A DNA stretch of 64,000 nt from Gammaproteobacteria bacterium. Lineage in GTDB: Bacteria; Pseudomonadota; Gammaproteobacteria; Steroidobacterales; Foliamicaceae. The notes below the pieces were generated by a model. The model was not told the origin of the DNA and did not search any database. It saw only the letters and a program-made list of their open reading frames with translations. Shown here piece by piece: positions 1-9,215 of this stretch (position 1 is the first letter of the stretch; each line of letters starts with the position of its first letter). The stretch is taken from contig VXYS01000010.1 in NCBI GenBank assembly GCA_009845905.1, positions 94,321-158,320 of the forward strand. The letters are read 5' to 3'. Position numbers and translations under genes: made by a program.

Positions 1-24
1 CCTCGGCCAAACCTGACGGGAGGG

Positions 25-1029
25 TTATTTCTGGGCGAAGCGGGCGCGGCCGGCGGTGATGCCGGCGCTGGCCTCGAATTCCTCGAAGAACCGCTTTGCG
101 TCTGAATCGTTGTTCAGCCACGCGTCCAGGAAGGCCGTGGTGACGCCGGCCAGGATCTCCATGCCCCCCGTGTCGTGGGCGCCGCCGCGATTGTCCGGCC
201 CGCCGCGGTCGTCCCTGCAGATCAGACCGCCGAGGTAGTGATCGCCTGCCTCCAGCACCACGGAATACTTGTCGCCCGGCGGAGTCAGGCCGAACGCCGA
301 CATCCGCCACTCCCAAGGATAGATCGTCGGTCCGCCGATATTTCCTAAGTCCAGCGTGCCGCCCGTTACGAGCACCGGACCCGGCACCCGGTCAAAGGAG
401 CCGTCGGCCATCTGCGGCATCTCGCCGACGCCGCTCATGACGATGGCGGCATCGAAACCGAGGGAGTAACTGACGCTCTCCGTACTGTGCAGGTCCTTTA
501 GCGGCTGTCCCCAGATGACCTGGGCGATCATTCCGCCGAAGGAGTGGCCGGCAATCGCCTTGCGGCCATAGTCGATCCGGCCTGTCAGCCCGGGAATGTC
601 CTGGCCGGGCGCAAAAAGCGCATCCAATACACGCCCCACGTCGGATATACGGATATACAGGAGGTTGCGGGCATCTTCGGGGCTCAGCCGGCCTTCCGAG
701 GTCGGGCAGTCGGGATGCTCCGGCAACACCACCGCGTAGCCGTGCGAGGCCCAGTGATCGGTCAACCCCGCATAACTCTCGCGATAGCAACCGAAACCGT
801 GCGAATACACCACCAGCGGAAACGGGCCCTCTGCGTCGGGGTAGGCGATTCGCGCGCGCAGGCTGCGCTGTCCGGGCTCGGCAGGCAGCACGTGGTTCTC
901 GATGACGTGCACGCCGTGCGGCCCCCACGCCGTCTTGTAGGCTGCGGGCGCCTCGTCGGCCGTCGCCGCTGCAGACAAACAGATCAGACCCAGGGTCAGC
1001 GCCAAACGCTTCGTGGTGAATGCTTGCAT
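25..1029 (-). CDS. secreted alpha/beta hydrolase (PAF-acetylhydrolase/lipase-like esterase)
   Basis: 334-aa ORF with RBS GGAGAA upstream. N-terminal signal peptide (LGLICLSAAATA). Alpha/beta-hydrolase motifs VVYSHGFG and nucleophile elbow GHSFGG. Subfamily call is from memory of PAF-AH-type sequences. Confidence 0.8.
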   Translation of the reverse strand: MQAFTTKRLALTLGLICLSAAATADEAPAAYKTAWGPHGVHVIENHVLPAEPGQRSLRARIAYPDAEGPFPLVVYSHGFGCYRESYAGLTDHWASHGYAVVLPEHPDCPTSEGRLSPEDARNLLYIRISDVGRVLDALFAPGQDIPGLTGRIDYGRKAIAGHSFGGMIAQVIWGQPLKDLHSTESVSYSLGFDAAIVMSGVGEMPQMADGSFDRVPGPVLVTGGTLDLGNIGGPTIYPWEWRMSAFGLTPPGDKYSVVLEAGDHYLGGLICRDDRGGPDNRGGAHDTGGMEILAGVTTAFLDAWLNNDSDAKRFFEEFEASAGITAGRARFAQK

Positions 1030-1149
1030 GACAAATATTTCTCCTTTTTCCTGCCGCGCGGTCGACAGCCGGCGGTTATGGTCTGATTGCTATACTGGGA
1101 AACGGAATGATAAGCCGGGGTGATTGGGGTAGTTCAACGGATGTAGAAG

Positions 1150-3519
1150 ATGACAAATACATATAGAGCAGCCCTCCTCGTGCTTTCAACGCTTCTGGTT
1201 TCCGCCTGCGGCAGCAGCGGCGGAAACCAGACTCCCCCGCCTCCCCCGGCCGCTCCCCAGCAACCCGATCGTCCCGACCCCACCAGCTTTCCCGACGACC
1301 CGGGGCTGACCGCAGCGCAGGAGTCGGAGCGCATGGCGATCTCGGGCTCACCGGAGTTTGCCAGCCAGTGGAGTCTTTCAGCAATCGGGGCCGACTACGC
1401 CTATGCCCGTGGCTATACCGGCGCCGGCGTAACCGTCGGAATCATCGACTCGGGTGTCGATCCCAACCACAGCGCAATCGCCGGAAAGCTCCACCCCAGT
1501 TCCGGGGTAGCTTCTCGGACCTGCAACGGCGGAATCTGCTCCTTCAGCCCGATTCGCGATACCGGCACGCACGGGACCGCCGTGGGCGGCATCATCGTCG
1601 CAGCCAGTACCGGCGGTCGCATGCATGGTGTCGCTTACGACGCGGAACTGCTGGCGCTCGGAATCCAGTTGGGCACTGCGCCGCCCGCATACCGTCCCGT
1701 GGATCTGAGCAACCCGGATTCGTTCCGCAGCATTGACGAGCAAGGTCAGGGCCTGTACCGGAGAATCGGCAGCGCTACGCGAATCGTCAATCACAGTTTC
1801 GGCTACGAGGGCGTCGTTACCGACTACACGGCCGCTCAGTACCGGGCCGCCTTCGGCCGTACCGTGGACAGCCTGATACAAGCCGGCACGCCGAACTCGG
1901 AAAAGATCATTCTGGTATGGGCGGCGGGCAACTCCAACGGCAGGCGCGATGCCCAAGGGAACCTGGCCGACGCTTCCTCGCCGGGTCTGACCGCCGCTAC
2001 GCCCCACTACTTCGCGGAGTTGAGAGGACATTTCATTTCAGTCGTAGCCACCGGCCGGGACGGCGAGATTGCGGGTTACTCCAACCGCTGCGGAGTCGCG
2101 GCGGATTACTGCATCGCCGCGCCGGGTTCGGGGATATACGTGCCGGCTGCCGGCAGTGCCGACAACTATGGGAACGGATCGGGAACATCGTTCGCCGCGC
2201 CCCAGGTAGCGGGTGCGCTGGCGCTGATGGAGCAGGCCTTCCGCGGGCAACTGGGTTCCACCGAGATGGTGAGCCGGCTGTTCGCGGCGGCGAACAAGTC
2301 CGAGATTTACGCGGACCGCAATACCTACGGCCAGGGGCTGCTGGACGTCGAGAAGGCCACGCGGCCCCTTGGAATGACGAGCGCTTCGCTTGGCCACAGC
2401 CTGGACGGACCGGTGGTCGCCGTACAACGCACGGCGATCGCGGCTGGCCCGGCCTGGGGCGACGCTTTGCAAAACGCGTTCGCCGGACGCGAACTGGCGG
2501 TGTTCGACAGCATGAATGCCCCGTTCTTCATTCCGATGGAGAGCTTCAATGCGCATTGGCCGCTGGATGACGCCTACAGGGCCGATCGGCGGTTCGCCCG
2601 TTTCGTCGATAGGGCCTCGAAAAACGGCCCGGTAGCGGCCGCGCTGTCGGGCGACTGGACGGTTTCGTCGGCCCGGGGGCTAGCCCGCGCGCTCTACAAC
2701 CGGGAGAACGCACGGCAGGCCTGGAACCCGCCCGCGCAATTGCGGAACGCCTGGGTGGCGCTGGGAACACCGGGGGTCGGCGTGGCGCGCGATCTGCTCA
2801 GGCTGGGCGATCGGGGAACGCTTCGCAGCGGATTCTTCCTTCAGAATCCGGGGGTTGCGCGCGGCGAGCGGCTGGCGGCGCCCGGACGGGCGCAGGGCGC
2901 TTTCCTGAACCTGGACCTCGGTGGAGGCGCCCAAAGACTCTTCGCGGAATTCGGTCTGCTAAGTGAGTCGGAGCGGCTGCTGGGAGCGGGCGCGGAAGGA
3001 GCCTACGGGCGTTTCGCGGGCCGCACCTGGTTTTCGCGATTCCTGGTGGAGCGGGACATCGCGATGGGGTTCAGGCTTGTCGCCGTGGCGCAGGCGGGCC
3101 ATACATCGGGCGAGGCCGGCCGGGGGCTGTTTCGGGAAACGCGGGGCGTGTTGAGCAGCGCGTTCAGCACGGGAGTTCACTGGGACCGCAAAGGCCCCGG
3201 CAAACGCGAGCGGGTCTGGCTCATGGCGTCGCAACCGCTGAGGAACGAGTCGGGGGGCCTTGAACTGGATTATCCGACCGGCAGGACGCGCGCGGGTGAC
3301 GTGCTGCGGGAAACGGCATGGATCGGCGCGGCGCCGAGCGGCCGGCAGATCGACCTGACGCTGGGCTACGAAACGATGCTGCCTTCGAACGTCGCCGGGG
3401 AAACGGACTGGCGGGTCCGGATTGAAGCCTGGCGCTCCTTCAGCCCCGGGCATCGCGCCGGGGCGCGGCCCGAGAACGCACTTTACCTGGCGGTTTCCCG
3501 CGGCTTCAGCGGTCGCTAG
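1150..3519 (+). CDS. S8 subtilisin-like serine protease, lipoprotein, with a large C-terminal extension
   Basis: 789-aa ORF. Lipobox LLVSAC. S8 triad motifs GIIDSGVD (Asp), THGTAVGGII (His), GSGTSFAAPQVAG (Ser). The C-terminal extension of about 380 aa has unknown fold. Confidence 0.85.
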   Translation: MTNTYRAALLVLSTLLVSACGSSGGNQTPPPPPAAPQQPDRPDPTSFPDDPGLTAAQESERMAISGSPEFASQWSLSAIGADYAYARGYTGAGVTVGIIDSGVDPNHSAIAGKLHPSSGVASRTCNGGICSFSPIRDTGTHGTAVGGIIVAASTGGRMHGVAYDAELLALGIQLGTAPPAYRPVDLSNPDSFRSIDEQGQGLYRRIGSATRIVNHSFGYEGVVTDYTAAQYRAAFGRTVDSLIQAGTPNSEKIILVWAAGNSNGRRDAQGNLADASSPGLTAATPHYFAELRGHFISVVATGRDGEIAGYSNRCGVAADYCIAAPGSGIYVPAAGSADNYGNGSGTSFAAPQVAGALALMEQAFRGQLGSTEMVSRLFAAANKSEIYADRNTYGQGLLDVEKATRPLGMTSASLGHSLDGPVVAVQRTAIAAGPAWGDALQNAFAGRELAVFDSMNAPFFIPMESFNAHWPLDDAYRADRRFARFVDRASKNGPVAAALSGDWTVSSARGLARALYNRENARQAWNPPAQLRNAWVALGTPGVGVARDLLRLGDRGTLRSGFFLQNPGVARGERLAAPGRAQGAFLNLDLGGGAQRLFAEFGLLSESERLLGAGAEGAYGRFAGRTWFSRFLVERDIAMGFRLVAVAQAGHTSGEAGRGLFRETRGVLSSAFSTGVHWDRKGPGKRERVWLMASQPLRNESGGLELDYPTGRTRAGDVLRETAWIGAAPSGRQIDLTLGYETMLPSNVAGETDWRVRIEAWRSFSPGHRAGARPENALYLAVSRGFSGR

Positions 3520-3525
3520 AGGGCA

Positions 3526-3561
3526 CCTTGGGAGCGAGGGCCTCTCGCCCTCTTTCCCAGG
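3526..3561. repeat. family-2 intergenic hairpin repeat (short copy)
   Basis: CCTTGGGAGCGAGGGC-CTC-TCGCCCTCTTTCCCAGG lies between convergent gene ends. It shares the GGGAGCGAGGGC...CCC(A/G)GG frame with five other loci. Confidence 0.6.
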
Positions 3562-3564
3562 CGG

Positions 3565-4206
3565 TTACTGGCCGGCGGCGCCCGCGTCGCGCTCGACGGC
3601 GCGCACCCAGACGCGGCCGTCGTCACCGAGCTCGGATACTTCAAGGCCCACTCCGATCACGTTGGCATAGGCCTGCAGGCGTTGCCGCACCCAGATGTCG
3701 TGGACTTCCGCTTCGGTCATGTCGTGCTGGCCAAGCCGCCGGGTCTGCGTGAGCACGCGCGACCAGGGCGACTGCCAGGCACGATAACCGGGCTTGCTCT
3801 CGGTCTCGAAGATCAACTGGTAATGGCAGGAAGTGCGATCGACCATTCCGACCATCACCATCTCGAGGTCGCCGGTGCGCTCGTAGTGCGAGCGGATGCG
3901 CTTCAACAGCGGCTGCAGCGTTTTGACCTCGTGCGCGATCAGGTCGTCGATCATGCCGCGGTCCTTGGCGAACTGCATTTGCGACAGCAGCGCCTTGACC
4001 AGCGCGTCGTTGAGTTCATGCACATAGGACTCGTCCTCGTGCATGGTCTTCAGCACAACGCCGATCGCCAGGCCCAGTTCATGCTCGCGGCCTTCCAGCC
4101 CGCTGCTGGCGCCGGCGAACTGCGCATCGCCGCTCGGTTCGGCCACCGCCAGCGACGACGCCGTAAGGGCTGCGCAGGCAAACAGGGTAATTGTGGTCTT
4201 GTTCAT
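3565..4206 (-). CDS. hypothetical secreted protein
   Basis: I chose the internal ATG at 4206 because it has a strong RBS (GGAGAG) and is followed by a signal peptide (MNKTTITLFACAALTASSLAVA). No domain recognised. Confidence 0.55.
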   Translation of the reverse strand: MNKTTITLFACAALTASSLAVAEPSGDAQFAGASSGLEGREHELGLAIGVVLKTMHEDESYVHELNDALVKALLSQMQFAKDRGMIDDLIAHEVKTLQPLLKRIRSHYERTGDLEMVMVGMVDRTSCHYQLIFETESKPGYRAWQSPWSRVLTQTRRLGQHDMTEAEVHDIWVRQRLQAYANVIGVGLEVSELGDDGRVWVRAVERDAGAAGQ

Positions 4207-4216
4207 TGGTTCTCTC

Positions 4217-5056
4217 CTACCAGGGTAGAACCCGACCGTCGACATTGATCGGCAGTCCGGGATCTTCAAGTGTAGCGTCGGCGATGATTTCCGCCATCCC
4301 GGCCGCGCTTTCTTCCGTCGTGAGCGCCTCTCCGGTGTAGCCGGATTCCCTCAGCAGCCGGGTATCGACCATGCCGGGCGAAATCAGCAGCACGGCAACG
4401 CCACGCGGCTGCAGGTCGGTGCGCAAGGCCCGCCAGCCCATGTTCAGCGCCGACTTGCTCATGCGATAAAAATACAAGCCCCGCATACGGCCCATCAGCG
4501 TCAGCGAAGCGACGCCGCTGGTAATCGCGACGATTTTCCCTCCGGCGGCGGCGACATTGTCCGCGAGCGCCTCCGACAGGCGTAGCGGAGCGTAGACGTT
4601 CACGGCCATGGTCTGCTCGAACCGGTCGTAGTCCAGTCCGCCCAGGCTTTGTTCGGGCAGGGGACCAAGAACTGCCGCATTGTTGATCAGCAGGTCGATG
4701 GGCTGGCCCGCATGGCGATCGGCGAGGGCGCTTATATGGTCCTCCCGGGTCACATCCAGCTGCTCGACGCTCAGGTTGGCGTATTCGGCGGCCAGGGCGT
4801 TCAGGTCGTCGGCCCGGTCCGGACTCCGGCAGGTGGCGACAACGTTCCAGCCCTGCTCCGCATACCATTCCGCGAACGCCAGTCCGATTCCGCGATTCGA
4901 GCCGGTAATAACGACGGTCGGCGGAACGCCGTCCGCGGCCTGCGCCTCCTGTTCGGCGGCGGCAGCGGCAGGCAGGCTGAACAGCAGCCCCAGAACCATG
5001 ACCGGCAACGGCGCGGCGGATCCTGCCCGCACCGTCATTCTGCGAAGTCGTTTCAT
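4217..5056 (-). CDS. short-chain dehydrogenase/reductase (SDR) with N-terminal signal/anchor segment
   Basis: ATG at 5056 has RBS GGGAGGA. Hydrophobic N-terminus (PLPVMVLGLLFSLPAAAAA), then Rossmann motif VVITGSNRGIGLA, NNAA and YRMSK (YxxxK). Paralog of 27476-28270. Confidence 0.8.
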   Translation of the reverse strand: MKRLRRMTVRAGSAAPLPVMVLGLLFSLPAAAAAEQEAQAADGVPPTVVITGSNRGIGLAFAEWYAEQGWNVVATCRSPDRADDLNALAAEYANLSVEQLDVTREDHISALADRHAGQPIDLLINNAAVLGPLPEQSLGGLDYDRFEQTMAVNVYAPLRLSEALADNVAAAGGKIVAITSGVASLTLMGRMRGLYFYRMSKSALNMGWRALRTDLQPRGVAVLLISPGMVDTRLLRESGYTGEALTTEESAAGMAEIIADATLEDPGLPINVDGRVLPW

Positions 5057-5196
5057 GCGCAATCCTCCCTGAGCGCATTGTAAGCCAAGCCAGCGTAGGG
5101 TCATCCCGGCAGTTTGAGGCTAAACTTGCCCATTCCGCCGGGCCGGGAGCATACGGCCGGCGGCATTTGACGGGAGTTTCCAAGGGAGTCTTCACA

Positions 5197-6444
5197 GTGG
5201 CGCAAACCAAGAGCACGAGCGCGACCGCGGCGCAACCCAGCTACATTCCGACACGCGAGGAACTGGTACTTGAGGCACGCAAGCTGGTGCCGGTACTCCG
5301 CGAGCGCGCCCAGGCTACCGACGAGCTTCGTACGCTGCCCGACGAAACCGTGGCCGATCTGAAGGCGGCCGGAATCCACAAGATTTTCACGCCCCGGCGC
5401 TACGGCGGATTCGAGATGGACTGGGGCGCGCACGTGGACGTGTCCCGCGAACTCGGTCGCGGCTGCGGTTCCACGTCATGGGTGTCGTCCGTGGTGATGT
5501 CCCACACCTGGATACTCGGGCGCTTTCCGGTGCGTGCGCAGGAGGAATTCTGGCCGGACAGGCCCGATGCGATCATCGCGACCGCCTTTGCCGGCGGCGG
5601 AACGATGGAGCCGGTGGACGGCGGCTTCGTGCTGAACGGCCAGTGGCGTTTCGCCAGCGGCGTGGACCACGCGAACTGCGCCGTCGTGGGGGGGCGCTAC
5701 AACATCAAGAATCGCACTTCCGAGGGCAGGTTGAGATACCGCATGGCGCACCTGTTGCCGGAAGATTATGAGATCGTCGACACCTGGCATGCGGAGGGGC
5801 TGAAGGGCACCGGAAGCAAGGACATACTGGTCAAGGACCGTTTCGTGCCGGAGTACCGGACCGTGCGATCGGAGGAGCTGGCCGGCAAGGAACCCCCGGG
5901 AGCGAAGCTGCACGAGAGCTATATCTATCGCACCGAACTCGGACAGCTTTTCTATACGCTGCTGTGCGGGCCGATGCTGGGGGCTACCCGCGGCGGCCTG
6001 GAACACTACCTGGAACAGACCCGGGAACGCACGGGACAGATGTTCGGCGAGAGCATCGTCGAGCAGGTCCCCGTGCAGATCCGGGTCGCGGAATCCTTCG
6101 AGGAACTGCGGGTAGCCGACCTGATCACCGACAACCTGATGCAGTTCCTGCACGAGGCCGGCAGTTCGGGCAAGCGGATTCGCGGTATCGATCGCCTGCG
6201 CATCCGCCGGGAACCGGCCATGGCGGCCAAGCTCTGCCTGAGCGCCATCACCCGGGTGGCCAACATGATGGGCGTGACCGGGCAGACCGGCAACAACGCC
6301 GTCCAGCGCCATTACCGCGACATGCGCACGATCTCGACCCATGGCGGCCTCAACTGGGACACCGGAATGATGCCCACGGGCAAGCTGCTGCTGGGCGTGC
6401 CCACCGGCGACCCGCTCACCGACGTGGATATCGAAAAGCCCTGA
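5197..6444 (+). CDS. acyl-CoA-dehydrogenase-fold flavin-dependent monooxygenase, oxygenase component (HsaA/HpaB-C2-like, group D)
   Basis: By-eye similarity to M. tuberculosis HsaA: RAQATDELRTLPDETV, CGSTSWVSS, AQEEFWPD, GLKGTGSKDILVKDRFVP. The GTG at 5197 (RBS AAGGGA) is preferred over the TTG at 5167. Confidence 0.8.
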   Translation: MAQTKSTSATAAQPSYIPTREELVLEARKLVPVLRERAQATDELRTLPDETVADLKAAGIHKIFTPRRYGGFEMDWGAHVDVSRELGRGCGSTSWVSSVVMSHTWILGRFPVRAQEEFWPDRPDAIIATAFAGGGTMEPVDGGFVLNGQWRFASGVDHANCAVVGGRYNIKNRTSEGRLRYRMAHLLPEDYEIVDTWHAEGLKGTGSKDILVKDRFVPEYRTVRSEELAGKEPPGAKLHESYIYRTELGQLFYTLLCGPMLGATRGGLEHYLEQTRERTGQMFGESIVEQVPVQIRVAESFEELRVADLITDNLMQFLHEAGSSGKRIRGIDRLRIRREPAMAAKLCLSAITRVANMMGVTGQTGNNAVQRHYRDMRTISTHGGLNWDTGMMPTGKLLLGVPTGDPLTDVDIEKP

Positions 6445-6451
6445 TATCCGT

Positions 6452-7777
6452 ATGAACAACGCGCCGCAAAGGCCGAGCCCGCTGGTGGCCTGGTACGCCG
6501 TCGGCGTGCTGATGATCGCCTTCATCTTTTCGTTCCTGGACCGGCTGATCCTCTCGCTTCTGGTTCCGCCCATCATGCGGGACCTGCAAATCGACAACTT
6601 CGCCATCGGCCTGCTGGGAGGACTTTATTTCGCGGTCTTTTACGCGCTGATGGGCCTGCCGATCGGGCGGCTGGCGGACCGCAGCAGCCGGCGGCTGATC
6701 GTGGCCGCGGGAATATTCCTCTGGAGCCTGATGACGGCCGCCTGCGGACTGGCGCGCAACTTCTGGCACCTGGCGCTGGCGCGGGTTGGCGTGGGCGTCG
6801 GAGAAGCCACGCTGTCGCCCTGCGCCTACTCGCTCATCAGCGACTTCTTTCCGAAGGACCGGATCGGCACGGCGCTGGGCGTGTTCCAGTGCGCCGCCTT
6901 CATCGGTGCGGGCGTCGCGTTCCTGGTGGGCGCACAGGTCATCGAGCTGGTCGCGGCGATCCCTTTCGAGCGCCTCCCCGCGGGGCTCGCCGACCTGTTG
7001 GCGCAGTTCAAGCCCTGGCAGCTTGCGTTCATCATCGTGGGCCTGCCCGGCGTGCTGGTGGCGCTGCTCGCGCTCACGATGCGCGAGCCCCCGCGCCAGG
7101 GCCTGATGGAGGGCGTGGAACAGAAAATCCCCTGGCCGGTCGTGATCGAGTTCTTCTCGAAGCGGTGGCGTATGTTCCTGGCGCACTTTTTCGGCTTCGC
7201 CATCCTGTCCGCGCCGATCGCCAACCTGCTGCTGTGGGGACCGACGCACCTGATCCGCAACCTCGGGTACACCGCATCCGAGGCCGGCCAGTACCTGGGA
7301 TGGATTCTCCTGCTCTGCTCGCCGGCGGCGGTGTTTGCCGGCGGCTGGTTCACCGATTTCCTGAGAAGGCGCGGGCGCGTCGACGCCCCGCTGTGGGTGG
7401 GCATCATCGCGGCGGCGGCGCTGACTCCGCTGTGCCTTGTCACGACGCAGCTCGACAGCCCGTTCTGGACGATGGTGCTGTTCTGTCCCTACGCGTTCTT
7501 CGGATGCTTCGCGGTGGCCAGCGGACCGGCGGCGCTGCAACTGGTGACGCCCAACCAGCTGCGCGCCACGGTCTCGGCGGTCTGGATGCTGGCGCTGAAT
7601 ATCCTGTCGGCAATCGCCGGTCCCACTCTGGTGGGCCTCGTTATCGACAGCGTATTCGGCTACAACGAGGCCGTGGGCAGCTCGATCGCGCTGGTCGGCG
7701 CAATCGCTTCGCCCTTAGCCGGCCTCTTCCTGTTTTTCGGCCTCAAGCACTTCCGCGCCGCCGCCCGCGCCGCATAA
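6452..7777 (+). CDS. MFS transporter
   Basis: 441-aa polytopic ORF. MFS signature GLPIGRLADRSSRR between TM2 and TM3. About 12 hydrophobic segments. Confidence 0.85.
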   Translation: MNNAPQRPSPLVAWYAVGVLMIAFIFSFLDRLILSLLVPPIMRDLQIDNFAIGLLGGLYFAVFYALMGLPIGRLADRSSRRLIVAAGIFLWSLMTAACGLARNFWHLALARVGVGVGEATLSPCAYSLISDFFPKDRIGTALGVFQCAAFIGAGVAFLVGAQVIELVAAIPFERLPAGLADLLAQFKPWQLAFIIVGLPGVLVALLALTMREPPRQGLMEGVEQKIPWPVVIEFFSKRWRMFLAHFFGFAILSAPIANLLLWGPTHLIRNLGYTASEAGQYLGWILLLCSPAAVFAGGWFTDFLRRRGRVDAPLWVGIIAAAALTPLCLVTTQLDSPFWTMVLFCPYAFFGCFAVASGPAALQLVTPNQLRATVSAVWMLALNILSAIAGPTLVGLVIDSVFGYNEAVGSSIALVGAIASPLAGLFLFFGLKHFRAAARAA

Positions 7778-7798
7778 CACCACACTTCGATCCCGCCT

Positions 7799-7891
7799 CT
7801 TTGTGTGCCTCCCTCTTTCGGGAGGCGCCATCCCTGGCTTGGTTTCGCCATCCCTGGCTTCAACACTCCCGCAAGAGGGAGGCACACAAAG
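7799..7891. repeat. family-1 structured intergenic repeat, copy A
   Basis: Perfect 19-nt terminal inverted repeat CTTTGTGTGCCTCCCTCTT / AAGAGGGAGGCACACAAAG. Inner clamp CGGGAG...CTCCCG. The core carries CGCCATCCCTGGCTT twice (7826-7840, 7846-7860). Lies between convergent genes. Confidence 0.85.
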
Positions 7892-7915
7892 GGGCTATCG
7901 TGGCAGCATCCTGCG

Positions 7916-9130
7916 TTAGAGGGAGTAGCTGTCGACCAGCGCGCCTGCGACCGAACGGCCGCCGTCGAGGCGGAGCCAGCAATCGGCGGCCGCGAGAGCG
8001 CCGGCCTGGCCGGGGCGTTGGGGGTGCACCAGCTTCAGCGCTCCCGTTTCGCTTTCGCGGCGGGCCAGCAGGAAGTGTGTGTGGCCTTCGCGCAGGTCGC
8101 AGGGATGCGCGAGCGGCATGCGCAGGGGTTGTTCGGCATCCATCGCCAGGATTGCGCGAATGCCGGGCCAGACCAGGAAACGCATGCCCGCGGCGGTGGC
8201 CAGCGGATTGCCGGGAAGACCGAATACCGGGGTCCCGTCGTCCAGCAGCGCCAACAGGGCCGGCTTGCCGGGCCGCATGGCGACGCCGTGAAAAACGATC
8301 CGGGCTCCCAGTTCCCGCAGCGCTCCCCGCAGGACATCGTGCCTCCCCGCCGAAGCGGACCCACTCGAGACCAGGACCCGGGCGCCGGACTCCCGCGCCT
8401 GTTGAAATTCCCGCGCCAGTTTTTCGGGATCATCCGCAACATGACGCGCTGTCGTCACGGATATTCCCCGTTCCGCGCACCAGGCGGCAAGCCACGACGC
8501 ATTGACGTTGGCTATCTCGCCGGGAGCAAGCGCGGCGCCGGGAGGGCGCACTTCGTCGCCCGTCGTCAGCAGGCCCAGCGGAGGCGGCCTGCGCACGTGC
8601 AATTCGCCGATTCCGGCGGCGGACAAGAGCGCGACATGCCCGGCGTGAAGGCGCTCGCCGGTGAAATCGAAAGCGGCGCCGGCCGGATACTCCTCGCCTT
8701 CAATGCGCAGGTTGCGTCCCTTCTCGACAGGCCCGGAAAAACGCAAAACAGTCGCGCCGCGCCGCTCGACCACCATCGCCTGCTCCAATGGCACGACCGT
8801 GTCCAGCGGGGGCGGCGTCAGAGCGCCCGTGGCGACCCGAAAGGCGCACCCGGAGCCGGGTTTACCGGCCTGTGCGTACGCACCGACCTTCAGCTCGCCG
8901 GCAACGGGAAGCTCCACCGGGGAATCCCCCGCGGCGCCAACCGTGTCGTCGGCGCATATGGCGAAGCCGTCCATGGCGGCGTTGCTGAACGCCGGCGAGG
9001 CGATAGCGCCGATGGCGGGCCGGGACGCCACCGCGCCAAGGGCCTGGCGGGCGGGAACCGGTTCGTCCCGCCACGGCGTACAGGCCGCGGCCACGGCGGC
9101 GGATGCCTCGCGATAGGGAATCAATTTCAT
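7916..9130 (-). CDS. moeA: molybdopterin molybdenumtransferase MoeA
   Basis: 404-aa ORF. The N-terminal pattern (ASPAFSNAAMDGFAI) and the length are typical of MoeA. Confidence 0.8.
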   Translation of the reverse strand: MKLIPYREASAAVAAACTPWRDEPVPARQALGAVASRPAIGAIASPAFSNAAMDGFAICADDTVGAAGDSPVELPVAGELKVGAYAQAGKPGSGCAFRVATGALTPPPLDTVVPLEQAMVVERRGATVLRFSGPVEKGRNLRIEGEEYPAGAAFDFTGERLHAGHVALLSAAGIGELHVRRPPPLGLLTTGDEVRPPGAALAPGEIANVNASWLAAWCAERGISVTTARHVADDPEKLAREFQQARESGARVLVSSGSASAGRHDVLRGALRELGARIVFHGVAMRPGKPALLALLDDGTPVFGLPGNPLATAAGMRFLVWPGIRAILAMDAEQPLRMPLAHPCDLREGHTHFLLARRESETGALKLVHPQRPGQAGALAAADCWLRLDGGRSVAGALVDSYSL

Positions 9131-9215
9131 TCAACAGCCGGAGCAATGGATTTGAGCCTTTTCGTTATACTCCAACTCAAACGCGAAGTCAGCGGGGGTG
9201 GCGGCGCCATTTCGC

